From NCBI GenBank assembly GCA_964480475.1, contig CAYZPW010000009.1:1-52324 (forward strand): a stretch of DNA of 52,324 bases. The letters run 5' to 3'. How positions within the stretch are numbered: the stretch's first letter is position 1; the number at the start of each line of letters is the position of its first letter. Source of the DNA: an uncultured bacterium (GTDB lineage: Bacteria; B130-G9). Below, piece after piece: positions 17,033 through 25,534 of the stretch. A model generated the notes under the pieces. That model did not search any database. It was not told where the DNA came from and was given only the letters and a program-made list of their open reading frames with translations. The position numbers and the translations under genes are program-made.

Positions 17033-19003
17033 TCAATTGTACAGTGCTTCTCCCAGTTGTCCGAGCGCCTCGAGCCCTCGTGGCTCGCCCTGCTGATAGA
17101 CCAGGGTTTGATGCTGATCGGGAAATGCCCGCTTATACTCTTGCATGATTTCGTTTTCCCGCCGGCGAACAGCTGAACACAGGGGACATTCGCTGGGAGG
17201 GGCAGCCAGGTTGAGAAACAGCACCGGGATATGGATATGCATCCGTTGGCACGCCGCGACGAGGTCTTGGGTCTCTAGAAACGCCATCTCCGTCAGGACG
17301 GTCAGGCTGAAGAGCGCCGAGGATTCGTCGCTCTTCAACAGTTCTTGCAGCAGCTTGAGGGCTTTGGACATCTGCACCATGCGCTGTGAGATCTTGGGAA
17401 GTCTGAAGATGCGCTTGTATTTTAAGAAGAGATTAAAGAACGCTTTGAGCCACTGGTCAATGAGCTCGGGGGTCTCCAGGAGGCGCACCAGGTGCCCGGT
17501 TGGCGCCGAGTCGAGAATGAGGAGGTGGGACTTTTGTTGAGCAAGAAACTCCATGGCCTTCACGAGGGCCATGACCTCGTCAATGCCGGGCGGCGAGAGG
17601 TCCATGACCCGTTCCATTACGTCGCGGTCGAAGGTCAAATCAAGACTCGAAGAAATGTCGCTCAAGAATCTCTCCAACTCCTGCGCATATTGGTCTTTTA
17701 AGGTCTCAAACTCTGATTGGGCATCTATCTCCACGGCTGTCAGGCCGGGGCTTAAGCTGGTCGGCGTCGCGCCGATGGGCGTGTCCAGACAGGCTGAGAG
17801 AGACTGCGCCGGGTCGGTCGAAAAGAGAAGCACTTCCTTGCCGTTAAGTGCCCGTGCCATTCGGATGGCGGTGGCGCAGGCCATCGTGGTTTTGCCCACC
17901 CCGCCTTTGCCGGCAAACAGCAGAAGCTTGGTATCAAGCGCAGGTAACTTCGCCGGCCTTATGACTTCGGGCTGCCTGGTCGTTTGAGGAATACTTACCG
18001 AGGGCAGCGGATTCGGCAATACAAACGCATTCTCCCAGAACATCTGCAGGGCTTCTTGGCCGCGAATTTCCTGCGGGTACATGGGAACTGCCGACAGGAC
18101 ATATCCTGCCAATCCGGCATACCCTTTACCGATATTGACGATCTGCCGCGCGTACCGATCCGAACACTGCGGGCACGCGCTTTCCGGATACAGCCGGTTG
18201 ACAACGATGTCGCAAACAGTTATCTGCCGCCGCTCCAGCTCGTTTAACAGCAGCCGGGTCTCGTGGATGCTCAGCGCCTCGGCCAGCAGCACCGGCACAA
18301 AACGGCAGTGGGCCGAATCCGTTAAAAGGCGCCGCATACCCGTTACCGAGTTGGACAAATCCAGAAGAAAGTCATCGAGCGCATCGCGTTGATAGGACCC
18401 GGCAAACAGACGCAGCATGTAACGATGTGTGGCCAGCAATGCATCCAGCGCATCGAGCCATTCTTGGATCAATTTCGGCATGGCCAGAAGCCGTAATGTA
18501 TGACCGGTGGGAGCGGTATCCACCACAATGCAGTGGTATTTTCGACCTTCCACCCACTGTGTGATTTCCAAAAAGGCCATTAGCTCATCCAGTCCGGGAA
18601 GAGAGAGGTCCATGAATCGGCTGATGTCCTCATTATCTAAAAAGGTCCCGCGCGAAGCGATTTCCCTCAGTTTAGCATTGTGTTTGTTTTTAAAGTCGGC
18701 CAAGCAGCCCTGGGCATCAATTTCGAGTGTCTGTAAATTGTCCGGAAGGGATGAATCCTCCAGGCTGTCGCTCAGGGAGTGAGCCGGATCGGTTGAGACA
18801 ATGAGAAAACTCCGTTCAGGCTGATGGCGGGCGTAGTGGAGGGCTGTCGCCGCGGCGCACGTGGTTTTGCCCACGCCGCCTTTGCCGCCGAACAACAAAA
18901 GCTGCAAATCACCGTCATTTAGAAAAGAGGGCGCCGCGGCCACCGCGGCCCCACCGTGCGAAGGTCGTTCCAGAGTGTTTACGTTCTTATTACTCACCAT
19001 CAT
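17033..19003 (-). CDS. Tandem-duplicated (pseudo-dimeric) ArsA/GET3-family ATPase; each half ends in a CxxC motif
   Basis: Two deviant Walker A loops (FGGKGGVGKTT and FAGKGGVGKTT) and two DTAPTGH / DSAPTGH A-loops. CPQC sits in half 1 and CPLC in half 2. The start is placed at the internal MM to avoid an 80-bp overlap with gvpG; the ORF as listed reaches 19072. Confidence 0.8.
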   Translation of the reverse strand: MMVSNKNVNTLERPSHGGAAVAAAPSFLNDGDLQLLLFGGKGGVGKTTCAAATALHYARHQPERSFLIVSTDPAHSLSDSLEDSSLPDNLQTLEIDAQGCLADFKNKHNAKLREIASRGTFLDNEDISRFMDLSLPGLDELMAFLEITQWVEGRKYHCIVVDTAPTGHTLRLLAMPKLIQEWLDALDALLATHRYMLRLFAGSYQRDALDDFLLDLSNSVTGMRRLLTDSAHCRFVPVLLAEALSIHETRLLLNELERRQITVCDIVVNRLYPESACPQCSDRYARQIVNIGKGYAGLAGYVLSAVPMYPQEIRGQEALQMFWENAFVLPNPLPSVSIPQTTRQPEVIRPAKLPALDTKLLLFAGKGGVGKTTMACATAIRMARALNGKEVLLFSTDPAQSLSACLDTPIGATPTSLSPGLTAVEIDAQSEFETLKDQYAQELERFLSDISSSLDLTFDRDVMERVMDLSPPGIDEVMALVKAMEFLAQQKSHLLILDSAPTGHLVRLLETPELIDQWLKAFFNLFLKYKRIFRLPKISQRMVQMSKALKLLQELLKSDESSALFSLTVLTEMAFLETQDLVAACQRMHIHIPVLFLNLAAPPSECPLCSAVRRRENEIMQEYKRAFPDQHQTLVYQQGEPRGLEALGQLGEALYN

Positions 19004-19244
19004 CCTCGCTGAGCGTTCCTCTCGCCTCGATAGCATCCAGACGGTCCAGTAACTCTTTTTCACGCTGGTCAAACTCGGCCTCGGTCATCCGGCCGGTCTC
19101 AAGGGCCATATACAGTCCACTTAACTGTGTCGTCAGCGCCTCGGCCTCGTTGGTGATCTCCTCCTGCGTCGCGTTGTAGAGCTCACGGAAAATCCACAGG
19201 ATGCTGCGGGCCGGAAAAAGCAGAATATCGTCAACGATAAACAT
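18990..19244 (-). CDS. gvpG: Gas vesicle protein GvpG
   Basis: 84 aa. ILLFPARSILWIFRELYNATQEE...EAEFDQREKELLDRLDAIEA fits the GvpG pattern. Confidence 0.7.
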   Translation of the reverse strand: MFIVDDILLFPARSILWIFRELYNATQEEITNEAEALTTQLSGLYMALETGRMTEAEFDQREKELLDRLDAIEARGTLSEDDGE

Positions 19245-19279
19245 GGCTTGCGAAGTAGGTCCTTCCTAATTGAAGACCG

Positions 19280-20037
19280 TCAGTACTTCAGGTCGATCTC
19301 CACAAAGTTGTGCGGCGCCCAGGGCCCGTTGTAGTCCAATGCAAAATCGTTGTCGAACAGGCCGGCGGCCTGCAAGATCCCGGCTTCAAACCTGGCCTCG
19401 GCCTCCCTGGCCACCAGGCAGGCCAGATTCATGACCTCCCGTTCAGTGCGGCATTTATTCCGTTTGATCGCGACACAATGGCGGGATAGAACGTTAACGG
19501 CATCCTCGGTATGGTCCTCTCGGTCCTCGTTGAGGATGCGGTCGAACATCCTTCCCAGCTCGATCTTCTCCTCTCGCGTCGGTTCACGCTGGGTTCCGAA
19601 ATACGTGTCGCGGGCGGACCTTAGCGCCGGGTGAGTATCGATAAAATAATCGAAGATGTTTGGCACGTCCCAGGTGACGCGCAGCCCCATCTCCACCTTC
19701 CCCTGCACACGCTCAAATTGCTCTTGAAAGGCCTCTTGATTGAGGGAGAGTATCCGCTGAATGGCCGCCGGACCGTCGGCAATGATGCCGAAGGACATGG
19801 GCAGCGGCGTGCTCTCGGTCATCAGCTGTTTGAGGACGTTCTGGTGCGCGGCCAGATGGCGGCGCTCCGGACGAATCTTCTGGTTCAGAACATCGCTGAC
19901 GACCGCCGAGGCGCCACCGTTGGAAATCGTATAGACGTCGCCCCCCGTGATGCCGACAAGACCGTTTGTTTGGCTGCTGTCGCCTTCAACAATGGCATAC
20001 AAATAAAGTCCCTGATTGGGTGAGGTCTGTGCCGACA
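19280..20037 (-). CDS. gvpF: Gas vesicle protein GvpF/L family
   Basis: GLYLYAIVEGD near the N-terminus and DYNGPWAPHNFV near the C-terminus. The start is proposed at the GTG at 20037, which is preceded by AAGGCAGGTGG. This gives about 252 aa. The listed ATG ORF (to 20212) would overlap the zinc-ribbon ORF. Confidence 0.75.
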
Positions 20038-20054
20038 CGATTCCACCTGCCTTT

Positions 20055-20294
20055 TTAAGTTCTAGACGAGGATACACCGGCCTCCTCCGGCCGCTCGCTA
20101 GAATCGGTGGGGCCAGATAGGTCCAGCGGCGCGGCGGACGGGCTGTTTGCCAATTGTACCGAGCGGAGGTATCCATTTTCGGTTTTGATCTCAAGCAATG
20201 CCTGACAAGCAAAGCATTTGATTACACCGGTATAGTCGTCATACGCTTCGGATACGTCCACATTGTGTCCGCATGAAAGACAGTTAATCTTCAT
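20055..20294 (-). CDS. Small zinc-ribbon protein (CxxC-x17-CxxC) of unknown function inside the gvp operon
   Basis: 79 aa beginning MKINCLSCGHNVDV...IKCFACQALLEIK. It fits neatly between gvpF (GTG start) and the upstream ORF. Confidence 0.4.
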   Translation of the reverse strand: MKINCLSCGHNVDVSEAYDDYTGVIKCFACQALLEIKTENGYLRSVQLANSPSAAPLDLSGPTDSSERPEEAGVSSSRT

Positions 20295-20380
20295 TTCCGG
20301 TCCTCCCGTGTAAATGCCCTATGCGGGCACACGCTTTGCGGCCCTTGCGGCACCGTTTGACCCACCGCTCGAGGCCCACT

Positions 20381-20716
20381 CTAGTACTTGATTTTAAAGC
20401 TTCTCGGCGCATGAAGTCCCGAAGCATGCAACGGTTGATTCTCCGCGGTATTAAGGGTCTTGATGGTTTTGATGCCGCCAAGTCCTTTCAACAGGTAGGT
20501 TTTTTCTTTTTCGATTTCCCGGAAGCGTGCATCGATTTGCCTCACCCGCTGCATCGCACTGTCTCGTTCCTTGCCGCGGCGGGCCTTCTCCATCTCCAGG
20601 GCGCTGATTTGCATAAACGCCCGGTAGGGTTCCGAAAAAATATCCACCTTGCCTGAATTCGTACGTATGCTCTGCACACCACGGATCGTTCTTTTGGGTA
20701 TAGCCATCGTTGTCAC
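20381..20716 (-). CDS. Hypothetical basic/coiled-coil protein in the gvp operon
   Basis: 111 aa with no motif I can name. Supported by position only. Confidence 0.3.
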   Translation of the reverse strand: MTTMAIPKRTIRGVQSIRTNSGKVDIFSEPYRAFMQISALEMEKARRGKERDSAMQRVRQIDARFREIEKEKTYLLKGLGGIKTIKTLNTAENQPLHASGLHAPRSFKIKY

Positions 20717-20737
20717 CCTCTCTTTGTGAGGCGTCCT

Positions 20738-21745
20738 TCAAAGACACATCCGCGGTTCGCGCAGACTATCGTTGCCGGAAGCCTGATGCTTTTCACAGAC
20801 CGTTTGTATGATCTCTTCCATCTTGGGGAGCATGAGCGACCGCCCCTCACGGGTAACCTTGGCCGTGTCAAGGTTCAAAACATCGCGACAGACGCGCATG
20901 AATGCCGTGTCGCTCGCGCTTGCCCGGCCGCCCATGTGGGCGAGGATTTTGGCAACGGCAATACAGGTCCGGATCGTCGGCCGGTTGTTATTCACACCGA
21001 TCTGGCGCAGCTCCCGGATGATATCGACAATGATTTCGGAATCTGATTGGGGCAGGCCGGACTTGGCCTTGGTGATTTGAATTTCGGTGTTGCGATCGAA
21101 ATGGTCCACTTCGATGGTGATGAGCCGGTCCATGAGGGCATCCTGAACTTTGTGGACGCCTGCATATTCTTCCGGATTGGAGGTAAAAAGCGCCCGAAAG
21201 TTGGGATGCACCTCAATATACCCCATACCCGATCGGCGCAGCTTGGGCAGGTTGAGGATTTTCTCCTCCAAGACGCTAAGCAGGGCATTATTGGCTTCGG
21301 GTCGGGAACGCGTGAACTCATCATAAATCAGCGTGGACCCGTTTTGGCAGGCCCTGGTCAGCCGGTTATCTTCCCACATGGTATTATAATGTTCCTCGGT
21401 CTTTAATACCGAATGAATGTAATTATCGATGAGTTTATACTTGCGGTACCCCGAATCCCGGCCAATCAGATCGGAGCTCGAAAACTCGTCATCCCCATGA
21501 ATGAGTGTCACCGGCTGTCCCAGCTGCGCCGCCACATGGAACGCAAGCGTCGTTTTGCCGGTCCCGGCAGGCCCGGCGAAGTGTATCGGGTATCCGACTT
21601 CAAGGTAGGCGAGGGCACGGTCAGTCAGATCTTGCACATAGGGGGTAACGACGAAGTCTTCACTGGCCTCCGGTGTGACGTTGTCATCGGGAGCGGGGAC
21701 CATTACCCTATTATCGGATACAACTCTCAGACCTGTTTCATTCAC
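20738..21745 (-). CDS. gvpN: Gas vesicle AAA+ ATPase GvpN (CbbQ/NirQ/GvpN family)
   Basis: The P-loop region reads GYPIHFAGPAGTGKTTLA. The length and the rest of the sequence are typical of GvpN. Confidence 0.9.
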   Translation of the reverse strand: MNETGLRVVSDNRVMVPAPDDNVTPEASEDFVVTPYVQDLTDRALAYLEVGYPIHFAGPAGTGKTTLAFHVAAQLGQPVTLIHGDDEFSSSDLIGRDSGYRKYKLIDNYIHSVLKTEEHYNTMWEDNRLTRACQNGSTLIYDEFTRSRPEANNALLSVLEEKILNLPKLRRSGMGYIEVHPNFRALFTSNPEEYAGVHKVQDALMDRLITIEVDHFDRNTEIQITKAKSGLPQSDSEIIVDIIRELRQIGVNNNRPTIRTCIAVAKILAHMGGRASASDTAFMRVCRDVLNLDTAKVTREGRSLMLPKMEEIIQTVCEKHQASGNDSLREPRMCL

Positions 21746-21772
21746 TGTGACAACACCTATGTCCTTCCACGC

Positions 21773-22855
21773 TTAAACCAGTGCCTTGGCCTGCTCGATC
21801 CATTTCTCCGCGTCGGTCGCTTTGGCCATTTTGCCCAGGGCTTCCTCCAATGCCGCAGGCGTGCTCGCTGCCAGTTGTTGAAGCGTAAAAATACCGGCTG
21901 CGTTCAAACGACTTTGACGGCCGGGGCCGATGCCGCTGATTTGGGCAAGGTCGTCAGGCGCGCCTTCTCTTGCTTTCTCAACCGGCGCTTCTTCCTTCTT
22001 GCGCGGCGGTGCCGATGTTCTCGCCCAGGCACGATGCGCGTTTTCGATGTCGGTCGCAAATGTTACCCTCAGATCCCAGACCCGGTGTCTCAGGTCGCTC
22101 ACGGACTTTTTGACTTCGGACAGAAAAGTCTTCCGGTCAATTCGGCTTCCCCTCGCCATGCCGAGCCGGTCATCGCGAAAACTCGATTCCAGTTGCACGA
22201 CACTTTCCTTTAAGGCCGATACAAAACTGCCCAGGTTGTCCTTCATCAGGCGGGCCATTTCAGCGTGATCGGTCCGGAAACCGGTCCTAATGTTCCCAGC
22301 TTCACGCGACAACTCGCAGACGTCTTTTTTCAACCCGTTCATGAATGTCCTGAGATCGGCCTCGGTCTTCTCAGCGGTTTCAGCTCTATGGTTGAAAAAG
22401 CCTTCCACCATTCGGGTTACATCGACGGAAAGACCGGATGAAAAAGTCTGCAGTTCATCTGTCAATCGGCGCGCCATCGCCGCACGCTCGTCCCGAAAAC
22501 CTTCCTGCAAATCAAAGACCTCATCTGCCATCGCATTGACGTATTCTCTGATATCCGACGCGAATCCATCGAGCTCCGCTCGCAGCGTTTGCGCCATTTC
22601 AAACCTGTCGTTGCGGACTGTTTGGGTCATTCGCGATACGTCTGTTCTGAGATCCGAAACGAAAGCCCCGAGGTTATCGTTCATCCCGCGGGCCATCGCA
22701 CCGTGCTGGTCACAAAAACGCGAACGCATAGCTTCCACATCGTTCTGCAATGCGGCCGCATCCTGCTGCAACTGCCCCAGAAAAGCGAACCGGCTTTGCC
22801 TTAAGGCACCAATGTCATCACGCAGGCGGGTCATATCGTCAGTTAGGCTGCCCAT
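21773..22855 (-). CDS. Repeat-rich amphipathic protein, a candidate GvpC-like shell-associated protein, with a C-terminal helix-hairpin-helix motif
   Basis: At least five degenerate repeats of roughly 33-40 aa anchored on an MA..L...L..F.S.L...V..M pattern. The C-terminus reads ISGIGPGRQSRLNAAGIFTLQQLA, an HhH motif. Its position between gvpA and gvpN corresponds to gvpC in cyanobacterial clusters. Confidence 0.4.
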   Translation of the reverse strand: MGSLTDDMTRLRDDIGALRQSRFAFLGQLQQDAAALQNDVEAMRSRFCDQHGAMARGMNDNLGAFVSDLRTDVSRMTQTVRNDRFEMAQTLRAELDGFASDIREYVNAMADEVFDLQEGFRDERAAMARRLTDELQTFSSGLSVDVTRMVEGFFNHRAETAEKTEADLRTFMNGLKKDVCELSREAGNIRTGFRTDHAEMARLMKDNLGSFVSALKESVVQLESSFRDDRLGMARGSRIDRKTFLSEVKKSVSDLRHRVWDLRVTFATDIENAHRAWARTSAPPRKKEEAPVEKAREGAPDDLAQISGIGPGRQSRLNAAGIFTLQQLAASTPAALEEALGKMAKATDAEKWIEQAKALV

Positions 22856-22955
22856 GATGATTATCCTCTCTCCTATCGAAGACCTTCCGGGCGGGTTCTC
22901 CCATCCCGGCGGACTTCAATTATCCAATTTGTAGGTCTATCCACAATTATCTTTG

Positions 22956-22984
22956 CGTGAGAGGCCGCAGACCGGCCTCTCACG
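22956..22984 (-). terminator. 12-bp perfect stem-loop (CGTGAGAGGCCG-cagac-CGGCCTCTCACG) lying 15 nt downstream of the gvpA stop; a candidate attenuator or partial terminator
   Basis: Read directly from the sequence. No clean U-tract follows it on the transcript. Confidence 0.35.
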
Positions 22985-22998
22985 AAAGACTTCTCGCC

Positions 22999-23226
22999 TT
23001 ACGCCGGAGCAGCCGCTGCCGCGGTGAGGCCAATGGCCTCGGCGTACTTCAGATAAGTCTCGACTGAGGCGATCACAACTCTTGCCTCGATGGAGAGGAG
23101 CTCGATCCCAACCAGGGAGACCTTGGCCCAGGCATCGATCACGATCCCCTTATCCAGGATCCGGTCGACGACTTCGGCAAGGCTCGAGGAATCGGTTGAC
23201 TTCTGAATCTTCGCCCTTTCCGCCAT
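22999..23226 (-). CDS. gvpA: Major gas vesicle structural protein GvpA
   Basis: [54 protein letters not shown] is a near-canonical GvpA sequence. A strong ribosome-binding site (AAAGGAGGAcaatcATG) precedes the start. Confidence 0.95.
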   Translation of the reverse strand: MAERAKIQKSTDSSSLAEVVDRILDKGIVIDAWAKVSLVGIELLSIEARVVIASVETYLKYAEAIGLTAAAAAPA

Positions 23227-23309
23227 GATTGTCCTCCTTTGCTGTTAAAAGTGACGTGGTGTAAAAACTCCGTCCATATCTAACCTTAGGCATGCCGCTA
23301 TACTTTATA

Positions 23310-23324
23310 GCAATATATGTGCCA
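23310..23324 (-). promoter_or_regulatory. Sigma-54 (-24/-12) promoter reading TGGCAC-ATATA-TTGC on the minus strand, about 85 bp upstream of gvpA
   Basis: The plus strand reads GCAAtatatGTGCCA. Its reverse complement matches the TGGCAC-N5-TTGCW consensus exactly. An NtrC-family sigma-54 activator is encoded in the same locus. Confidence 0.6.
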
Positions 23325-23520
23325 AACGCATGTGCGGACCGACAAATACACTATAGGCATGCCGGGCAATCGGGGTAGTTCCTCTGCTGCCGGGGCTTTA
23401 CGGGGCTGCACCCCAGAGCGCCTGAGACCCAAAACAAAGAAACCATACACGTCAGGAGCGAGGCGCAGAAGTCAATCGTCCTGAATTAGGGAATCGATAC
23501 TATGGCGGATACACCATATT

Positions 23521-23937
23521 TCAGCGGAACGAATTCCCCATATCGAGGGAGGAGGCCGGTAGTTGGGAGACGCTTCTGATGATCCTCAGAATCTCATCAT
23601 TTTTGAAGGGCTTGGACACGAAATCATCGATGCGCTTTTCCTGCAGCGCCCTCTCCACCATCGGGTCATTTTGATAAAAATAGCCGGAAACGACCACGAT
23701 CCGAATTGAGGGGTCCAGTCTCCGGATCTTTTTTGCCAATTCCAAGCCGTCGATGTCCGGAAGTTTGGCATCCAGAAAAGCCATTTGATAAGAACCTCTG
23801 CGCAGCAGTCCAAGAGCCTTCCCGCCGCTTAATGCGCTCCGGGCAGTCATTCCCACGCTTTCGATGATATGCTCGAGAGCCCAGCACATATCCGGTTCAT
23901 CATCTACGACGAGAAACATCGGAGTTTTCGCTGTCAT
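23521..23937 (-). CDS. Single-domain response regulator (CheY-like receiver)
   Basis: MFLVVDDEPDMCWAL...FLDAKLPDIDGLELAKKIR...VVVSGY. The start is taken at the internal Met (MTAKTPMF). The 5' extension in the listed ORF looks non-coding. Confidence 0.75.
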   Translation of the reverse strand: MTAKTPMFLVVDDEPDMCWALEHIIESVGMTARSALSGGKALGLLRRGSYQMAFLDAKLPDIDGLELAKKIRRLDPSIRIVVVSGYFYQNDPMVERALQEKRIDDFVSKPFKNDEILRIIRSVSQLPASSLDMGNSFR

Positions 23938-24004
23938 ATATGCTCGTAAACAGTTCGGTTCCCCCTTCTGCCATGCAGCGCCACGTACTTCGGTATTTAT
24001 CGAA

Positions 24005-25534
24005 TTACAGCATCGGCAGCATGATGGTAAAACTGGTTCCCCGGCCCTCAATGCTCTCCACCTCGATGGTACCGGAATGCTGCTCGATGATGGCGTAACA
24101 GATGGAAAGGCCCAATCCGACACCTTCTCCCACCGGTGAAGTCGTGAAAAAAGGGTCAAATATCTTATCGATGTTCTCTTCTACGATACCGTGGCCCGTG
24201 TCGGCCACTCGAATCAACGCGCTGCATTTCGTTTTCTGGACGGATACCGTTAGGTGCCCGCCGTCCGGCATCACTTTGAGCCCGTTCAGAAAGAGGTTGA
24301 TGAAAACCTGTTGCAGCAGACCGGCACTACCGTTGATGAACACCGGCTGCGCGGGGAAATCTGATTTGAGCTTGATTTTTTGGATGTTGATCTGGTTGGA
24401 AATGAGCGCAATGGTCTCTCTGATGATATCAAGAAGATTGACCTCCTCCCTGTTCGATCCCTCTGGAGGGCGCGCGAATTTTAGCAGATTCTCGATAACG
24501 ACGGATGCTCTCTCAATCCCCTCGTGGAGCTTCCTGGCGCATTCGATGCGGAAATCCGGGGAGATGTCATCCGCCAAAAGGAATTGGGCGGCTGAAGAAC
24601 AGATCGCCAGCGGGTTTCGAATCTCATGGGCGATCCCACCGGCCATCACGCCCAGCGCAGCAAATTTTTGCGACTGGCGAAGCTGCATCTCCATTTTGCG
24701 GCGCTCGGTATGATCTCTGCCCACGACCACGAATCCGGCTGTCTCCAACTGCTGGTCTTTCATCGGCGAACAAACCCAGGAAACATGGGTATCGAGCCCC
24801 TTTTTCGTGACGAGGTCCCACTCCCCGGTGACCGAATCTCTCCGAGTTCTCATCTCGGAAAATATCTTCCTCACGTTTTCCTGGTGATCCTTGGCGCATA
24901 ACCTGTAGAAAACCTGGTTTTTTACCTCAGTGAAACTGTATCCGGAGATTCTCTCCGCTGCCGGATTCCAAGAGAGTATCCTTCCGTCGGTGTCGGTGGA
25001 CAACATAATGTCACTGGCGCTGTCGAAGATACTCGCCAGATGGCGTTGAACGCGTTGAATCTCATCGCTCAATTGGATCTGTTCGGTTACATCATCCATT
25101 AAGAGCATTACGTTCTCAACGCTCCGCTGCCACTCAAACGGGACAATGCGATAATAGTAAGTCCGCATCGAAACGCCCGGAGATCGAAAGAACATCCGCT
25201 GCCCTTTGGTGGGCTGGCTCGAACGGAAGACCTGGCGAATCTGGCCGATGATATCCATCTTTTCGATAATCACGGCGGGAAAGATCTTCTGAAGCGGGAA
25301 ACCGATGGTGTCGGATGCCGACCGCCGGCTCTTCTTCAGAAAGTTCCGATTGGCAAGCACGACACGCATGTTCTGATCGATCATCAGAACCGAAGACGGT
25401 ATCGTATCCAGCAGCATGGCATACAGCTTCTGATGCCAGTCGGAGGCGCCGTCGAGTACAATTCCGGTCTTAGTTGAATCCGGCAAAGAGGCCTTTCGCA
25501 TTTCCGACGGATGGCCGTTGGCTTGATCTGTCAT
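24005..25534 (-). CDS. Sensor histidine kinase with PAS domains, a HisKA domain and a HATPase_c domain
   Basis: H-box HEIRNPLA. HATPase_c G-boxes (…DTGHGI…, …GLGLSI…). PAS-like repeats upstream of these. The start is proposed at MTDQANG so that it overlaps the upstream gene by 4 bp. Confidence 0.8.
   Translation of the reverse strand: MTDQANGHPSEMRKASLPDSTKTGIVLDGASDWHQKLYAMLLDTIPSSVLMIDQNMRVVLANRNFLKKSRRSASDTIGFPLQKIFPAVIIEKMDIIGQIRQVFRSSQPTKGQRMFFRSPGVSMRTYYYRIVPFEWQRSVENVMLLMDDVTEQIQLSDEIQRVQRHLASIFDSASDIMLSTDTDGRILSWNPAAERISGYSFTEVKNQVFYRLCAKDHQENVRKIFSEMRTRRDSVTGEWDLVTKKGLDTHVSWVCSPMKDQQLETAGFVVVGRDHTERRKMEMQLRQSQKFAALGVMAGGIAHEIRNPLAICSSAAQFLLADDISPDFRIECARKLHEGIERASVVIENLLKFARPPEGSNREEVNLLDIIRETIALISNQINIQKIKLKSDFPAQPVFINGSAGLLQQVFINLFLNGLKVMPDGGHLTVSVQKTKCSALIRVADTGHGIVEENIDKIFDPFFTTSPVGEGVGLGLSICYAIIEQHSGTIEVESIEGRGTSFTIMLPML

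Noticed and set aside
17033-19072. The full-length 679-aa version of the ArsA-like ORF, and the 528-aa version of the histidine kinase (24005-25591)
   Set aside because: Both longest-ORF starts overlap the preceding gene by 60-80 bp. Internal Met codons give the 4-14 bp overlaps typical of this operon.
20055-20294. The longer gvpF ORF (to 20212), which would overlap the zinc-ribbon ORF
   Set aside because: A GTG at 20037 with a good ribosome-binding site gives a GvpF of canonical length and leaves the zinc-ribbon ORF intact. The extra 58 N-terminal residues of the ATG version are Arg/Pro-rich and atypical for GvpF.
22999-23520. Searched the other intergenic regions of the gvp locus (29380-29459, 32031-32130, 16102-16353) for additional sigma-54 -24/-12 elements
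   Set aside because: No GCAA-N5-GTGCCA (minus-strand TGGCAC-N5-TTGC) match was seen by eye. Only the gvpA promoter is reported.
23521-24159. N-terminal 74 residues of the response-regulator ORF (Cys/Ser-rich)
   Set aside because: This region overlaps the histidine kinase 3' end in another frame. The receiver domain begins at the internal Met.
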